A stretch of DNA of 64,000 nucleotides from Promethearchaeota archaeon (GTDB taxonomy: Archaea > Asgardarchaeota > Lokiarchaeia > Sigyniarchaeales > SOKP01). The stretch is from NCBI GenBank assembly GCA_030603385.1, contig JAUVXW010000003.1:1-64000 (forward strand). The letters run 5' to 3'. Positions 30,726 through 41,494 of the stretch are shown in pieces (positions within the stretch are counted from its first letter, which is position 1; each line of letters opens with the position of its first letter). Both the position numbers and the translations under genes were made by a program. The notes under the pieces were generated by a model. That model worked only from the letters and a program-made list of their open reading frames with translations. It searched no databases and had not been told where the DNA came from.

Positions 30726-30885
30726 TAAATTTTCTTACCAGTTTCCTTCACATTTTTGATTATTAGTATATTTAAATCATAAATCAAGATTACATTTAAA
30801 AATTATACAACCAATAATTTTTTTAGGTAAAAGTAATAGATACAAATATCTATTATTCAAAACCTTTACAATAAATTCTAATATT

Positions 30886-32886
30886 GTGAATTCAATTATG
30901 AGTGATGAAAGAAAAAAGCTCTGGGAACCTTCCAAAAAATGGATAAAAAATGCAGAAGTAACACATTTCATTGAGCTCGTTAATAAAAAATTTAAAAAGA
31001 ACATTAAAGGAGCCAAAGAATTATATCAATGGTCAATTGATAATATTGAGGATTTTTGGGCGGCAATGTGGGATTTTGGAAGTATCATTGCTTCACAGAA
31101 GTATGATAAGGTTGTTGAAGATTTAAGTGTTTTTCCTGGTACTAAGTGGTTTCCTGGAGCAAAACTTAATTTTGCTGAAAATCTCTTAAAATATAAGGAT
31201 GATCAGTTCGCGTTTATATTTCAAGGTGAATCCAAAAAGACCGAATTAATTACGTATGAAAATTTAAATAAACAAGTCGCCCGTTTAGCAAAATCTCTCC
31301 GTGAAATAGGAGTTAAAGTAGGTGATAGAGTAGTATCATATATCCCAAATTTAATTGAAACACCTACAGCTATGCTAGCTGCAACTGCTATTGGTGCTAT
31401 TTGGGCTTCTTGTGGTGCAGAATTACAAGCAAGTGCCGTAATTGATCGATTTAGGCAAATTGAACCTAAAGTGATATTCACAGTAGATGGTTATTATTAT
31501 AGAGATAAAGTTTTTGGAACTATTCCTAATATTAAAAAAGTGGTTGAAGCAATTCCTTCAATTGAAAAGGTTGTTGTTGTTTCATATGTTTCTGATGGAA
31601 AACCAGACATAAGCAGTATTCCTAATGCAGTTCATTGGGATGACTTCATTTCTAAGGAGGAGAATCCTAAACTCGACTTCGAGCAATTACCTTTTGATCA
31701 CCCCGTTTATGTTATGTTTTCAAGCGGTACTACGGGGAAACCTAAATGTATGGTTCAAGGTGCAGGAGGGGTTTTAATTAATCATCTAAAAGAATTAATA
31801 CTATCAACTGATCTTAATCGTTCAGATGTAATAATTTATATAACTGCTCCTAGTTGGATGATGTGGAATTGGTTAATAAGTTCACTAGCTGTAGGGGCAA
31901 CTGTATTCCTATATGATGGAAACCCTCTCTATCCTGATCCTCTTCGAATGTTTGAACTAATAGAAAAATATAAAATTTCTATATTTGGAACTAGCGCGTC
32001 ATACATCCATCATCTCATGGGTATAGACGCAAAACCAACTGAAAAATATGATTTAAGTTCACTTCGAGAAATCTCTCAAACAGCATCTACACTCTCACCT
32101 GAAGGATTTGAATATGTGTATAGAGATATTAAAAAAGATTTATATTTCAATTCAATAAGCGGAGGGACTGATTTTAATGGGTGTTTTGCTTGTGCATTAC
32201 CCATACTTCCGGTATATTCTGGGGAACTTCAAGTAAAATCACTAGGAATGAAGGTTCAGGCTTATAATGAAAATGGTGAACCAGTTCTTGATGAACAAGC
32301 TGAATTAGTATGTGAAGCTCCCTCCCCTTCAATGCCTATTTACTTCTGGGGAGATGATGATAATATGACAAAATATAAAGCAGCCTACTTTAATGATTTT
32401 AAAGATAAAGATAAGAATGTGTGGCGTCATGGTGATTATATAGTAATTCATAGTGATACGGGTGGAATAACTTTTTGGGGGCGCTCTGATGCTGTTCTGA
32501 AACCTTCTGGAGTCAGAATTGGAACAGCTGAGATTTATAATGTTGTTGAACAGTTATCAGAAATAGCTGACTCGTTGGTGATTGGACAAAAGATTAGTGG
32601 TGATATCCGAATTGTAATGTTTGTATTGTTAAACGAGGGTTATGAGCTCACTGATGACTTGAAGGATAAAATTAGAAAAACATTACGAGAGAAAACTTCC
32701 CCTAGACATGTTCCCAAGCTTATAATACAAGCACCCCCAGATGGTATTCCCTATACATTTAGCAATAAAAAGGTCGAGATTGCGGTTAACAAGATAATCC
32801 ATGGAATGGCAATAGCAAATAGAGGTGCTTTAAGAAATCCAGAATCATTAGATTTCTATGAAAAAATGAGAGATGAATTAAGATAA
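30886..32886 (+). CDS. Acetoacetyl-CoA synthetase
   Basis: WFPGAKLNFAENLL, FSSGTTGKPKC, WMMWNW, SISGGTD, GRSDAVLKPSGVRIGTAEIY. Confidence 0.92.
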   Translation: MNSIMSDERKKLWEPSKKWIKNAEVTHFIELVNKKFKKNIKGAKELYQWSIDNIEDFWAAMWDFGSIIASQKYDKVVEDLSVFPGTKWFPGAKLNFAENLLKYKDDQFAFIFQGESKKTELITYENLNKQVARLAKSLREIGVKVGDRVVSYIPNLIETPTAMLAATAIGAIWASCGAELQASAVIDRFRQIEPKVIFTVDGYYYRDKVFGTIPNIKKVVEAIPSIEKVVVVSYVSDGKPDISSIPNAVHWDDFISKEENPKLDFEQLPFDHPVYVMFSSGTTGKPKCMVQGAGGVLINHLKELILSTDLNRSDVIIYITAPSWMMWNWLISSLAVGATVFLYDGNPLYPDPLRMFELIEKYKISIFGTSASYIHHLMGIDAKPTEKYDLSSLREISQTASTLSPEGFEYVYRDIKKDLYFNSISGGTDFNGCFACALPILPVYSGELQVKSLGMKVQAYNENGEPVLDEQAELVCEAPSPSMPIYFWGDDDNMTKYKAAYFNDFKDKDKNVWRHGDYIVIHSDTGGITFWGRSDAVLKPSGVRIGTAEIYNVVEQLSEIADSLVIGQKISGDIRIVMFVLLNEGYELTDDLKDKIRKTLREKTSPRHVPKLIIQAPPDGIPYTFSNKKVEIAVNKIIHGMAIANRGALRNPESLDFYEKMRDELR

Positions 32887-32905
32887 ATTCAGTTTCTTTT
32901 TATTC

Positions 32906-33331
32906 TTACTTATTCTTTTTGAGAATTTTAATTTTATTAATTAGATCCTCTGTTGATAGCACTTTTACGTGATTTTGTTCCTCTTTTAATTTTTTATCAT
33001 TTGACCAAACTGCAGATTTGAGTGCTAAAGCTAGTGCTAAATAAACTGAATCTTTAGGATCAGGTGAAAATGCATTCGCTTTTTCAAGAAAAAGAATAAT
33101 ATTTTTTTGAGGGATAAAAGTAATATATTCTTTTAATATTTGTACAAAAGTTTCAAAGTTTTCTTTTGATCTGTGAGTTCTTTCAAGGATTTGGGCTTGA
33201 TATTTGGAAAATTCTTCTAATAAGAATTCTGGTGCAAATAATTGTAACACATCACTAATGATAAGTTCAGCAGTTAAACCTCCCTTTATTAATGCTGCAA
33301 ATAAAATATTGGCATCAATTACTAATTTCAA
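32906..33331 (-). CDS. vapC: PIN-domain toxin (VapC)
   Basis: VIDANILF, DPKDSVYLALA, WSNDKKL. Confidence 0.9.
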   Translation of the reverse strand: MKLVIDANILFAALIKGGLTAELIISDVLQLFAPEFLLEEFSKYQAQILERTHRSKENFETFVQILKEYITFIPQKNIILFLEKANAFSPDPKDSVYLALALALKSAVWSNDKKLKEEQNHVKVLSTEDLINKIKILKKNK

Positions 33332-33333
33332 CG

Positions 33334-33558
33334 TTATTCCCTCAAATAACGCTCAGCTATCAATTTACTTACTTCTTTTCCTAACTTTAAAGCATCTTCA
33401 GGAGTAATCTCACTATCTATCCGAAACCCTCTTAAGAATTTAAGATGAGCTATTTTTTGCTTAATTGATGTTCGAGCGACCTCTGACCAATTAATTTCTG
33501 GGAATTCTTCCATCTCCTTTTTTAAATCTTCTGGGATTGAAAGGGTTATATTTGCCAT
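33334..33558 (-). CDS. vapB: Ribbon-helix-helix antitoxin (VapB-like)
   Basis: MANITLSIPEDLKKEMEEFPEINWSEVAR, directly upstream of the PIN gene; start reassigned to ATG 33558. Confidence 0.85.
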   Translation of the reverse strand: MANITLSIPEDLKKEMEEFPEINWSEVARTSIKQKIAHLKFLRGFRIDSEITPEDALKLGKEVSKLIAERYLRE

Positions 33559-33683
33559 TTTTTTAAATTTTTTTGTTCTATGTGAATTTATGTGAATACA
33601 CATATTAATATTTTTCTTCTGAATAATATAATCAAATTGAACAAAGAGAAAATAAAATTTGTAAAATGTTCAAGAATATAGGT

Positions 33684-34517
33684 TTAATCAACCCAAAAGT
33701 CTTTTGCTAATCCTCTTCTGGTTTGCCATAATCCATCCTTTCGATTAAAACCGATAACACCCTTCCCTTGATCAGCATCTTTTATTTTCCACATTCCATT
33801 AACAGCTCCAGTTAAGCCCGCTGATAGAACTTCAAAGCCTTGCGCAGTATACAAATCGCATTCTACCCCTCGATTAATTATAAATTTTAATTGACGCATC
33901 CCTTGTTGGTTTTTAGATTTAAGTACTTCTAATAGTTTTTCAACCTCATTATCGAGTTGGTTATCAGGAACTAATCTATTCCACAAATTCCATTCGACGG
34001 CTTTTTTACCTGAATGAAGCGCACCAAGAAGGTTGATTTCCTTAGCTCTCCTTCGACCTATGAATCGAGCCAATCGTGTCGTACCCCCCCATCCAGGCGT
34101 TATTCCAACATCTACTTCAGGCATTCCCCACTTTGAGCGTTCAGTAGCAATAACAAAATCACAAGCCATAGTTATTTCTAACCCACCACCAACTGCATAT
34201 CCATCTACAGCAGCAATTGTGATTTTATCTAATTCTTCAAGTTGATTAGCCATATTTTGATAATATCTTGCACGACGAGTTATATCATTAGCGTCACCCC
34301 ACCTTACCATTTCACTAATATCGTCTCCAACACAGAAATTATTCCCCGCTCCTTTAATAACCAGGAATTTAAATTTTTTAGATTGCCTAATGATTTCTAT
34401 TGCGGAAACTATTTCATCAGATAGTTTCATGCTTAAAGCATTTTTAACTTCTGGACGATTGAGTGTTATAAACGCAGTTTTATCCTTCTCTTCATATATT
34501 AAATTTTCAAAATTCAT
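33684..34517 (-). CDS. Enoyl-CoA hydratase/isomerase family
   Basis: ITLNRPEVKNAL, GYAVGGGLE, PEVDVGITPGWGGT. Confidence 0.92.
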   Translation of the reverse strand: MNFENLIYEEKDKTAFITLNRPEVKNALSMKLSDEIVSAIEIIRQSKKFKFLVIKGAGNNFCVGDDISEMVRWGDANDITRRARYYQNMANQLEELDKITIAAVDGYAVGGGLEITMACDFVIATERSKWGMPEVDVGITPGWGGTTRLARFIGRRRAKEINLLGALHSGKKAVEWNLWNRLVPDNQLDNEVEKLLEVLKSKNQQGMRQLKFIINRGVECDLYTAQGFEVLSAGLTGAVNGMWKIKDADQGKGVIGFNRKDGLWQTRRGLAKDFWVD

Positions 34518-34765
34518 AACTTCCTCTTAATTAAAATATAATTTAAATTTTGCTGAGTTTCTACATACAAGTGAAAAATAAAGAAGAACCTAAAATATTG
34601 TATATAGTGAAACACTTAAGAACCTAAATTCTCTTGACCTCTATATAGAAATGAAAGAAAAACATCTTTTTTCTAACTTTTTAATTATAAAATTGAATGA
34701 TTTAAATGGAAATTTCTATAGTCTATAGAGATATAGTTTAAATTTATACAATTTAAACCATTATT

Positions 34766-35383
34766 ATGGATTTATATGACAAATTACCTGATGGCCCAAT
34801 TAAACCTGTAGGAGACCTCTCAAAAAAATTTTTAGAGCTCAGGATTAAATCGTTCAAGGAAGCCTGTGATTATGTACACAATATAGATTATGGTTATAAT
34901 ACAAATTATGATGATAAAATGATACTTTTTAAAGAGGACATGGGTACATGCACAACCAAACATGCGGTAATAGCAGGTCTTGCGGAAGAACTTAATATAC
35001 CTCTCCATAAACATGTAGGTATCTATAAATTAACAGAAGAAATCTCTACTAATACAAATGAAATATTAAAAAAATATAACATACCCTATATACCTATGGC
35101 TCACTGCTTTTTAGTGTATAAAGATTTCCGTTTTGATCTCACAGAAGGTAATTGTAATGGAAAAAATACAACTATCAAGAATTTCATCCATGAGGAAGAA
35201 GTAGATCCATTTATCAGCAGAAAGGATGAATATTTACTTTATAAAAGGATATTAAAAGAACAAGTTCTACCATCGAAAGAAATGGTGGGTATTAAGGAAA
35301 GAACTCTGCTAAAAGCAAGGGAGGAATCTATAATTCTTTTTAAAAAAAATGTGAAAAAGCAGAAGGAATTAGAGACGTCTTAA
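34766..35383 (+). CDS. Hypothetical protein, transglutaminase-like
   Basis: GTCTTKH...AHCFL...FDLT suggests a Cys-His-Asp triad. Confidence 0.55.
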   Translation: MDLYDKLPDGPIKPVGDLSKKFLELRIKSFKEACDYVHNIDYGYNTNYDDKMILFKEDMGTCTTKHAVIAGLAEELNIPLHKHVGIYKLTEEISTNTNEILKKYNIPYIPMAHCFLVYKDFRFDLTEGNCNGKNTTIKNFIHEEEVDPFISRKDEYLLYKRILKEQVLPSKEMVGIKERTLLKAREESIILFKKNVKKQKELETS

Positions 35384-35403
35384 CTTGCTTTATTTGTTGC
35401 TTT

Positions 35404-36027
35404 TCATTTGCGCTCCATAAACACATAATTTGCGATATGGGGTACAGGTTTTCCTCTAATTTCTATTGTTTTTAATTCAATTATCTTAAAGTATGATTCA
35501 AAAAGGTTTTTTAGCTCCTCCTCAGATGAAAAATACAAAACTGTACCCAAAGGAGTTTCTCTGTATTTTCCTTGACCACCAAAGCAAGGATCTTTCTCAC
35601 TGAAACTAACCGAAAGATATTTTGCCTTTGGATTCAGTATTTTGTACACATTTTCAACATATTTCTGTCTTTTTTCAGGAAAAATATGATGCAATAATTC
35701 CCAATCATATGCAAAATCAAAATTGATCTTGAAATCTTCAATATTACTAACAATATCCCCAACAAGGAAGTTACACTCAACTCCCTTTTCTTTAGCTTTC
35801 TTTTTAGCTATCGATATGGCTGAAGTAGAAATATCAATTCCAGTAACATTAAATCCTTTAGTGGCAATGTAAATAGTATAATTACCAATACCGCAGCCTA
35901 AATCAATGGTTCTACAAGGTATTATTTTACCACTCTCAACTAATTCAATTAAAGAATCTGGAGGTGTTTCGTAATTCCAAGGGATCTTTTTTAATGGCAT
36001 TTCCCTATAAATTTTATCTATATCCAC
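35404..36027 (-). CDS. Class I SAM-dependent methyltransferase
   Basis: IDLGCGIG, VTGIDIS, FDFAYD. Confidence 0.9.
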   Translation of the reverse strand: MDIDKIYREMPLKKIPWNYETPPDSLIELVESGKIIPCRTIDLGCGIGNYTIYIATKGFNVTGIDISTSAISIAKKKAKEKGVECNFLVGDIVSNIEDFKINFDFAYDWELLHHIFPEKRQKYVENVYKILNPKAKYLSVSFSEKDPCFGGQGKYRETPLGTVLYFSSEEELKNLFESYFKIIELKTIEIRGKPVPHIANYVFMERK

Positions 36028-36215
36028 TTACCTCACTTAATTTTTTATTTATATACTTCATAATAAAAAATTCTTTCTATAAGGATTTTACAATATAAAA
36101 TAAATTAAAAAAAAAGATAAGATTCGATAACAATCGCAAAAACAGATTTTTACTAATTATTATTTGTTTCTTATGTTATATTTTCTTTTTTGTAGATTTA
36201 TAAAAGTCTATAAGG

Positions 36216-36476
36216 TTAAAAACGGAAATCTCTTCTACCGCCTCGATTGTACGGATTAGGCGGAGCTTTTTCGGTTACGACTACATTCGAAGCTTGTGGA
36301 CCCTTTTGTCCATCGACAACTTCAAATTCAACCTTATCATTCTCATTTAACGTTTTATATTCGTCATCTCTTCCACTTAATGCGGTGTAGTGAACAAATA
36401 CATCGTTACCTTCTTCAGAGTTTATAAATCCAAAGCCTTTTCGGCTATTAAACCATTTTACTGTTCCTTTTACCAA
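36216..36476 (-). CDS. csp: Cold-shock domain protein with RGG-like tail
   Basis: [11 protein letters not shown]1 KGFGFI, RNP2 [13 protein letters not shown]. Confidence 0.95.
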   Translation of the reverse strand: MVKGTVKWFNSRKGFGFINSEEGNDVFVHYTALSGRDDEYKTLNENDKVEFEVVDGQKGPQASNVVVTEKAPPNPYNRGGRRDFRF

Positions 36477-36600
36477 TTCAATTCACTTAAAATTTTTGAA
36501 AAAAATACTTTATTTTGTACAAGTATTGATTAGAAAAAAGTACCTAAAGGTAATAAACTTTGACATTTTTGGGATAGATGGAGAATTTTTTCCAGAAGAT

Positions 36601-36672
36601 CAAGTACTTAAGCCTATTATACACGTGATTTTATTTTGGAAAATTAAACCATTTTACTGTTCCTTTTACCAA
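36601..36672 (-). other. 23-codon uORF whose first 10 codons are identical to the csp start ([23 protein letters not shown])
   Basis: 36643-36672 is an exact 30-nt copy of 36447-36476. Confidence 0.6.
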
Positions 36673-36895
36673 AGCACTTTTTGATAATGGGATTGGTTTT
36701 ACCGACTTTTTTGAGATTTCTGAAAAAAAAATCTAAAGGATCTTTAAAAATTTTCTTTTTTTTCCTAATTACCATTAATCTACATTAATCTTGAATTATT
36801 AAAAGTGAAAAATTAATTATATAATTTGTAATAAATTGACTAAGTTATTATTAATTAAATTACTTAACAGAATACGTTAACGTCTGAAACATCCT

Positions 36896-37858
36896 ATGAA
36901 TAAAGCAAAATTTTATGACATTGTGAAAATGGATGATATACGTGTATCAGTACCACAAACCAGCCACTTTAGTGTAGGAACATCTCCCTATTACGCACAC
37001 CAGCATGGACTTGCTATAGACATTTACCACGACTTAACTTTAGAAAACTATGAGGTATTAAGCCCAGTTTCTGGAAAAATCTTGAAAGTCAAACCTCTAA
37101 TCGCCCCGAAACCGAAATTTATAGGTGGAATTAATAAAGATTACCTAATTTTGATCAGTAATCCCTCTAATTCTGATTTAGTGTGGAAACTCATGCATGT
37201 TAAACCATCTGGTAATGTAGGGGACCAGATCGAAATAGGAGACCCATTAGGGAAAACAATTCGAAATGGATATTTTGCTTATTGGTCAAGTCCTCACTTA
37301 CATCTAGAAATGAGACCATTTAAAGATGCTATCCGCGCTCGTGGTGGAAAACATTTTTCTTTAGCAGTTGAAATTAAAAAGAACTTTAAAAAGTCTCCTA
37401 TGAATTTAAAATTTAAAGAAGTTCCAGTAGAAATTCAATCAATTTTTCCAGAATATATTCTTGGGCGATTTCCAGAATCCTTCTATCATAAAATTTTACC
37501 AATTATCGGAGTTAAGGTAGAAGTAAATCAATTAAATTGTTTATTAGACGGAGGTATCCCTCATTATAAGATCGGTACCGTTATTTCGCAACAAGAAAAT
37601 AGTTTAAATCCTTCTCATTCAGTAAATTTAGGAATTGATAAGATTGGAACTTTACATGAAATTAATGGGCAATTTGGATTTCTTAAATTTGATTCTGTTA
37701 ATTTCTCACTTAATACCAAAGAAATAAGAGGAATTTCACTCTATCTCGCGAATTTCTTACCTTTAATAAAAATAATTCCATATCAAAAGAATGAATTTTC
37801 GTTTGAACCAAATTCTATTCAATATTTAAGTCTATTTTCAAACCATCTAACAACTTGA
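36896..37858 (+). CDS. M23-like metallopeptidase domain protein
   Basis: HGLAID (HxxxD-like), SPVSG, GDQIEIGDPLG, PHLHLE (HxH). Confidence 0.7.
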   Translation: MNKAKFYDIVKMDDIRVSVPQTSHFSVGTSPYYAHQHGLAIDIYHDLTLENYEVLSPVSGKILKVKPLIAPKPKFIGGINKDYLILISNPSNSDLVWKLMHVKPSGNVGDQIEIGDPLGKTIRNGYFAYWSSPHLHLEMRPFKDAIRARGGKHFSLAVEIKKNFKKSPMNLKFKEVPVEIQSIFPEYILGRFPESFYHKILPIIGVKVEVNQLNCLLDGGIPHYKIGTVISQQENSLNPSHSVNLGIDKIGTLHEINGQFGFLKFDSVNFSLNTKEIRGISLYLANFLPLIKIIPYQKNEFSFEPNSIQYLSLFSNHLTT

Positions 37859-40800
37859 TTACTCAATAGTTTCTTGGATTATCGGAAGTGTAAAATAAAA
37901 AGTCGATCCTTCATTTCTCCCTTCAGATTCAACCCAAATCTTTCCTCCATGTAATTCTACTATTTTTTTTGAAATGTATAACCCAAGGCCAGAACCATCA
38001 GATATTATATCAAGTCCTTGACCATACCTTTCAATCTTTCCAAATTGAGTAAATAATCTTTCTTTCTCTTCCTTAGTTATCCCAATTCCGCTGTCCTTTA
38101 TTGAAACTATAATAAGATTATCTTTAATTTCAGATACAATTTCTATAGTCCCATCGGGGGGAGTATATTTTATCGCGTTGTTTATCAAATTACTTATTAC
38201 TTGATGTATCTGTTCTGGCTCAAAACTCGTTATCAGCTTATCATGAATGGTTAAATTGATAGTATGATTCCTCAATCTAGCTAATCCTCGTAATTCTCTC
38301 ACACTCAATTTTATAAAGAAAGATAAGTCGTCTACAATTTTTTTTAGTTGAACCTTTCCTGACTCTAATTCAGCTGTATTTAAGATATCTTGTATAAGAC
38401 CTTCGAGGCGTTCACATCCTTGCTTAATTTCAATAACTGATGCTAGAACATAATCATCTAACTTTTCTTTATGCACACTTAATAAAAGATCAGAATAACC
38501 TTTAATTGAAACTAAAGGTGTTTTCAATTCGTGTGAAGTCCTTCTCATAAATTCCGATTTTAAACTATTTAATTTGACTAACTCTTGTTCAGCTACTTTT
38601 TTTTCTGTAATGTCCATGACTGATACTAACTCTGCGGGGCTTCCCATATAATTGATAACTGTTGAGAATTGATCAACCCATTTTAACTTACCTGATTTAG
38701 TGAATACTCGATAGGAATAATACGGTTTTACATTAGGATCTCCCCTCCGTAATTTCTCTCGATATTCTCTTAAAAACTGTAAATCATCAGGATGTATCAT
38801 TTGGACTATATTATCTGTTGTCCAATTTGCGATATCTTCATTGGAATATTCAAAAATTTGCAGTAGGGCATTATTCACATATTCAATTTTATTATTTACT
38901 GTTATCAAAATACCCGTAAATGATTGTTCAGCAATCGTTCTAAATTTCTCTTCCGATTCCTTTAGTTTTTGTTCAGATATTTTCTCATCAGTTATATCGT
39001 GAATTGTGACAAAATCCGCTGGTTTTCCTCTATAATTAATATTTTTTGAGAATAATTCTAACCATACGATATCTCCATTTTTCTTTATCCCTCTAAAATG
39101 ATATTGGTTAATAACATTTGATTCACCCAATTGTTTTTTTCTAGCTTGCTCAGCAACTAATTTTCTATCCTCAGGATATATAATATTAAGAAAACCTCCT
39201 TTTTTCCATGCCATAATTTCTTGTACAGTGTAACCAAATATATTAGCAAGTTGGTTATTTACATATTGAATTATATCATCTTGTAGAATAGCGATCCCCA
39301 AGAAAGACTGTTCTGTAAGTGTTCTGAATTTCTCTTCCGATTTCTTTAGTTTTTGTTCAGCATTCTTACGCTCCGTAATATCCTGAGCAACGGCTATAAG
39401 TCTTATTATCTTACCATTTTCATCTTTAATTCCTAAACTGATTGCTTCTGCTAGAAATTCTGTTCCATCTTCTTTAAGCATCGTGTAATGATTGATTCCT
39501 CTTGATATTCCTTCTAAAGACTTATTCATAGCCTCCTTTAGTTTTGGTAAATCGTTTTCTGAAAAGAAATTTCGAATATTTTTGCCTTCTAAAAGTTCTG
39601 GATTTTTCACACCATGAAGATCACAGAATTTCTGATTGTACAAAACTATATTTCCATTTAAATCTAAAACAACAATAGAAGCAGGTACCATTTCAAATAA
39701 AGTTCTAAATTTTTCTTCTGACTCTTTTAACTTTTCTTCCGATATTTTCCTTTCATTAATATCTTGCATTATTATTTGGAGATACATTTTATCTTTCAAT
39801 TTAAAAATTGAAGCTGTTGGCTCCACCCATATTGGAGAGCCATCTTTCTTAACAATTTGCAATTCATTAGGTTTTGGTATATCTCCTTTAAGTAGAACTT
39901 TAAAGTCCGCCATAACTATAGGAAGATACTTGCGAGGAAACATGGGTATATCAATCATATTTTTTCCAATTATATCTTCTCTGGTATATCCAGTTATTTG
40001 ATCTTCCTTAAAATTACAATCTATAATTTTACCCGTCATATCTCCGATTATTATAGAGTATGGTGAACTCATAAATAAATGAGAATATTTTGCTTCTGAT
40101 TCTTTTAACAAATTTTCAGCTGTTTTTCGTTCAGTGATATCTGCCACAAGGGCAATTGCACCTTTATAACTACCCTTATTGTCAAAAATTGGAGAAGCCA
40201 TCAATCTCGTAATCACTTTTTTACCATCTTTTCGAATAAATTCTTTTTCAATTTCTTCCTTCACACCCCTTTTTCTCCTTTCAAGAGTGTTCTTTGTTAT
40301 TTCTATATCTTCTAGAGATGTAATATCGAATAAATTTCTCCCTATCATCTCATCAACTTCATATCCCAATATTTTTGCCATACTTGGATTTACTAAGGTT
40401 GTATTCGCATTTTCATCAATAACCCACACACCTTCTAAGGAGTCTTCTATTAACTGTCGATACTTTTTTTCTGATTCCTTAATTGTTTGTGCTGCTTCAA
40501 TACGTTCAGTTATATCATGAAAAGAAGTTACCATAAATCCAGGGTTAGTTTGAAAAGCAAAAACCTCATAAGCACCTTGTATCTTCTCATCCTTATAATC
40601 CACTTGGTCCCATTTCCATGTACTTCCTTCTTTAGCAATATTTTTATAACGTTCTGGTATATCGGTGTTAATTAGTGGTGGAAACGCCTCTTCTATTGTT
40701 TTACCAATAAACTGTTTATTATCTGCATTAAGTATTTTATCTGCAGTGGGATTTGCGTCAATAAATATAAGTTGTCCATCTGAATTTAACTCATATACAT

Positions 40801-41257
40801 GTAAACCTATAGGAATTGATTCAAATATATTTCTAAATCTTTTTTCTGATTCTATTGATTTTAATTCTGCAAGTTTTCTTTGCGTAATATCAGTGATAAT
40901 ATGAACTGTTCCAGTGATCTCACTTTCATCATTAAAGACAGGATCTGCGGAAATTTCAACCCATCTTCCATTAAGTTGTCTAATGGTAGCTTCTCTGTGA
41001 CCAGACTCCAGCATAAGTTTCACAGGGCACCATTCAATCGGTCCTGACGTACCATGTACTAATTCCCAACAAGAGTGACCAATGATTTCGCTATAACTAG
41101 ATTTCCCCAAAATATCAAGTGTTGCTCTATTGCATTGAATAATTTTATAATCTAAATCAATGAGAAAAATAGACTCCCCTATAGCATCAAGAGTTGCTTG
41201 CCATAGTTTTGTATTATTTTTTAACTCCCCTTCAATTTTTTCGGTAATATCTTTCAA
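37859..41257 (-). CDS. Multi-PAS sensor histidine kinase
   Basis: About 7 PAS/PAC units; SHELKTPL; NAIKYT; DSGIG; GSGLGL. Confidence 0.93.
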   Translation of the reverse strand: MKDITEKIEGELKNNTKLWQATLDAIGESIFLIDLDYKIIQCNRATLDILGKSSYSEIIGHSCWELVHGTSGPIEWCPVKLMLESGHREATIRQLNGRWVEISADPVFNDESEITGTVHIITDITQRKLAELKSIESEKRFRNIFESIPIGLHVYELNSDGQLIFIDANPTADKILNADNKQFIGKTIEEAFPPLINTDIPERYKNIAKEGSTWKWDQVDYKDEKIQGAYEVFAFQTNPGFMVTSFHDITERIEAAQTIKESEKKYRQLIEDSLEGVWVIDENANTTLVNPSMAKILGYEVDEMIGRNLFDITSLEDIEITKNTLERRKRGVKEEIEKEFIRKDGKKVITRLMASPIFDNKGSYKGAIALVADITERKTAENLLKESEAKYSHLFMSSPYSIIIGDMTGKIIDCNFKEDQITGYTREDIIGKNMIDIPMFPRKYLPIVMADFKVLLKGDIPKPNELQIVKKDGSPIWVEPTASIFKLKDKMYLQIIMQDINERKISEEKLKESEEKFRTLFEMVPASIVVLDLNGNIVLYNQKFCDLHGVKNPELLEGKNIRNFFSENDLPKLKEAMNKSLEGISRGINHYTMLKEDGTEFLAEAISLGIKDENGKIIRLIAVAQDITERKNAEQKLKKSEEKFRTLTEQSFLGIAILQDDIIQYVNNQLANIFGYTVQEIMAWKKGGFLNIIYPEDRKLVAEQARKKQLGESNVINQYHFRGIKKNGDIVWLELFSKNINYRGKPADFVTIHDITDEKISEQKLKESEEKFRTIAEQSFTGILITVNNKIEYVNNALLQIFEYSNEDIANWTTDNIVQMIHPDDLQFLREYREKLRRGDPNVKPYYSYRVFTKSGKLKWVDQFSTVINYMGSPAELVSVMDITEKKVAEQELVKLNSLKSEFMRRTSHELKTPLVSIKGYSDLLLSVHKEKLDDYVLASVIEIKQGCERLEGLIQDILNTAELESGKVQLKKIVDDLSFFIKLSVRELRGLARLRNHTINLTIHDKLITSFEPEQIHQVISNLINNAIKYTPPDGTIEIVSEIKDNLIIVSIKDSGIGITKEEKERLFTQFGKIERYGQGLDIISDGSGLGLYISKKIVELHGGKIWVESEGRNEGSTFYFTLPIIQETIE

Positions 41258-41494
41258 AATATCCTTATCCCCATTTATCTAATAATAATAAGAGTTATAA
41301 TTTAATCAACATGTAAATTTTAAAAATAAGAAATTGTATTTAACCATTTGCACTATGAATTAAAAAAGGAACTCAAGCTCTAGAAATGAATATTCCTAAA
41401 ATATTTTTAAAAATACATAAATTATAGAGCAATGATCTCAAATAAAACTGCTTCAAAGACATTTTTAAGGGAAAAATTATCCTTAGGTAATTAC

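Noticed and set aside
34584-34628. Direct repeat AAGAACCTAAA x2 upstream of the enoyl-CoA hydratase
   Set aside because: Short and AT-rich with only two copies; may be an operator but is not supportable from this window alone.
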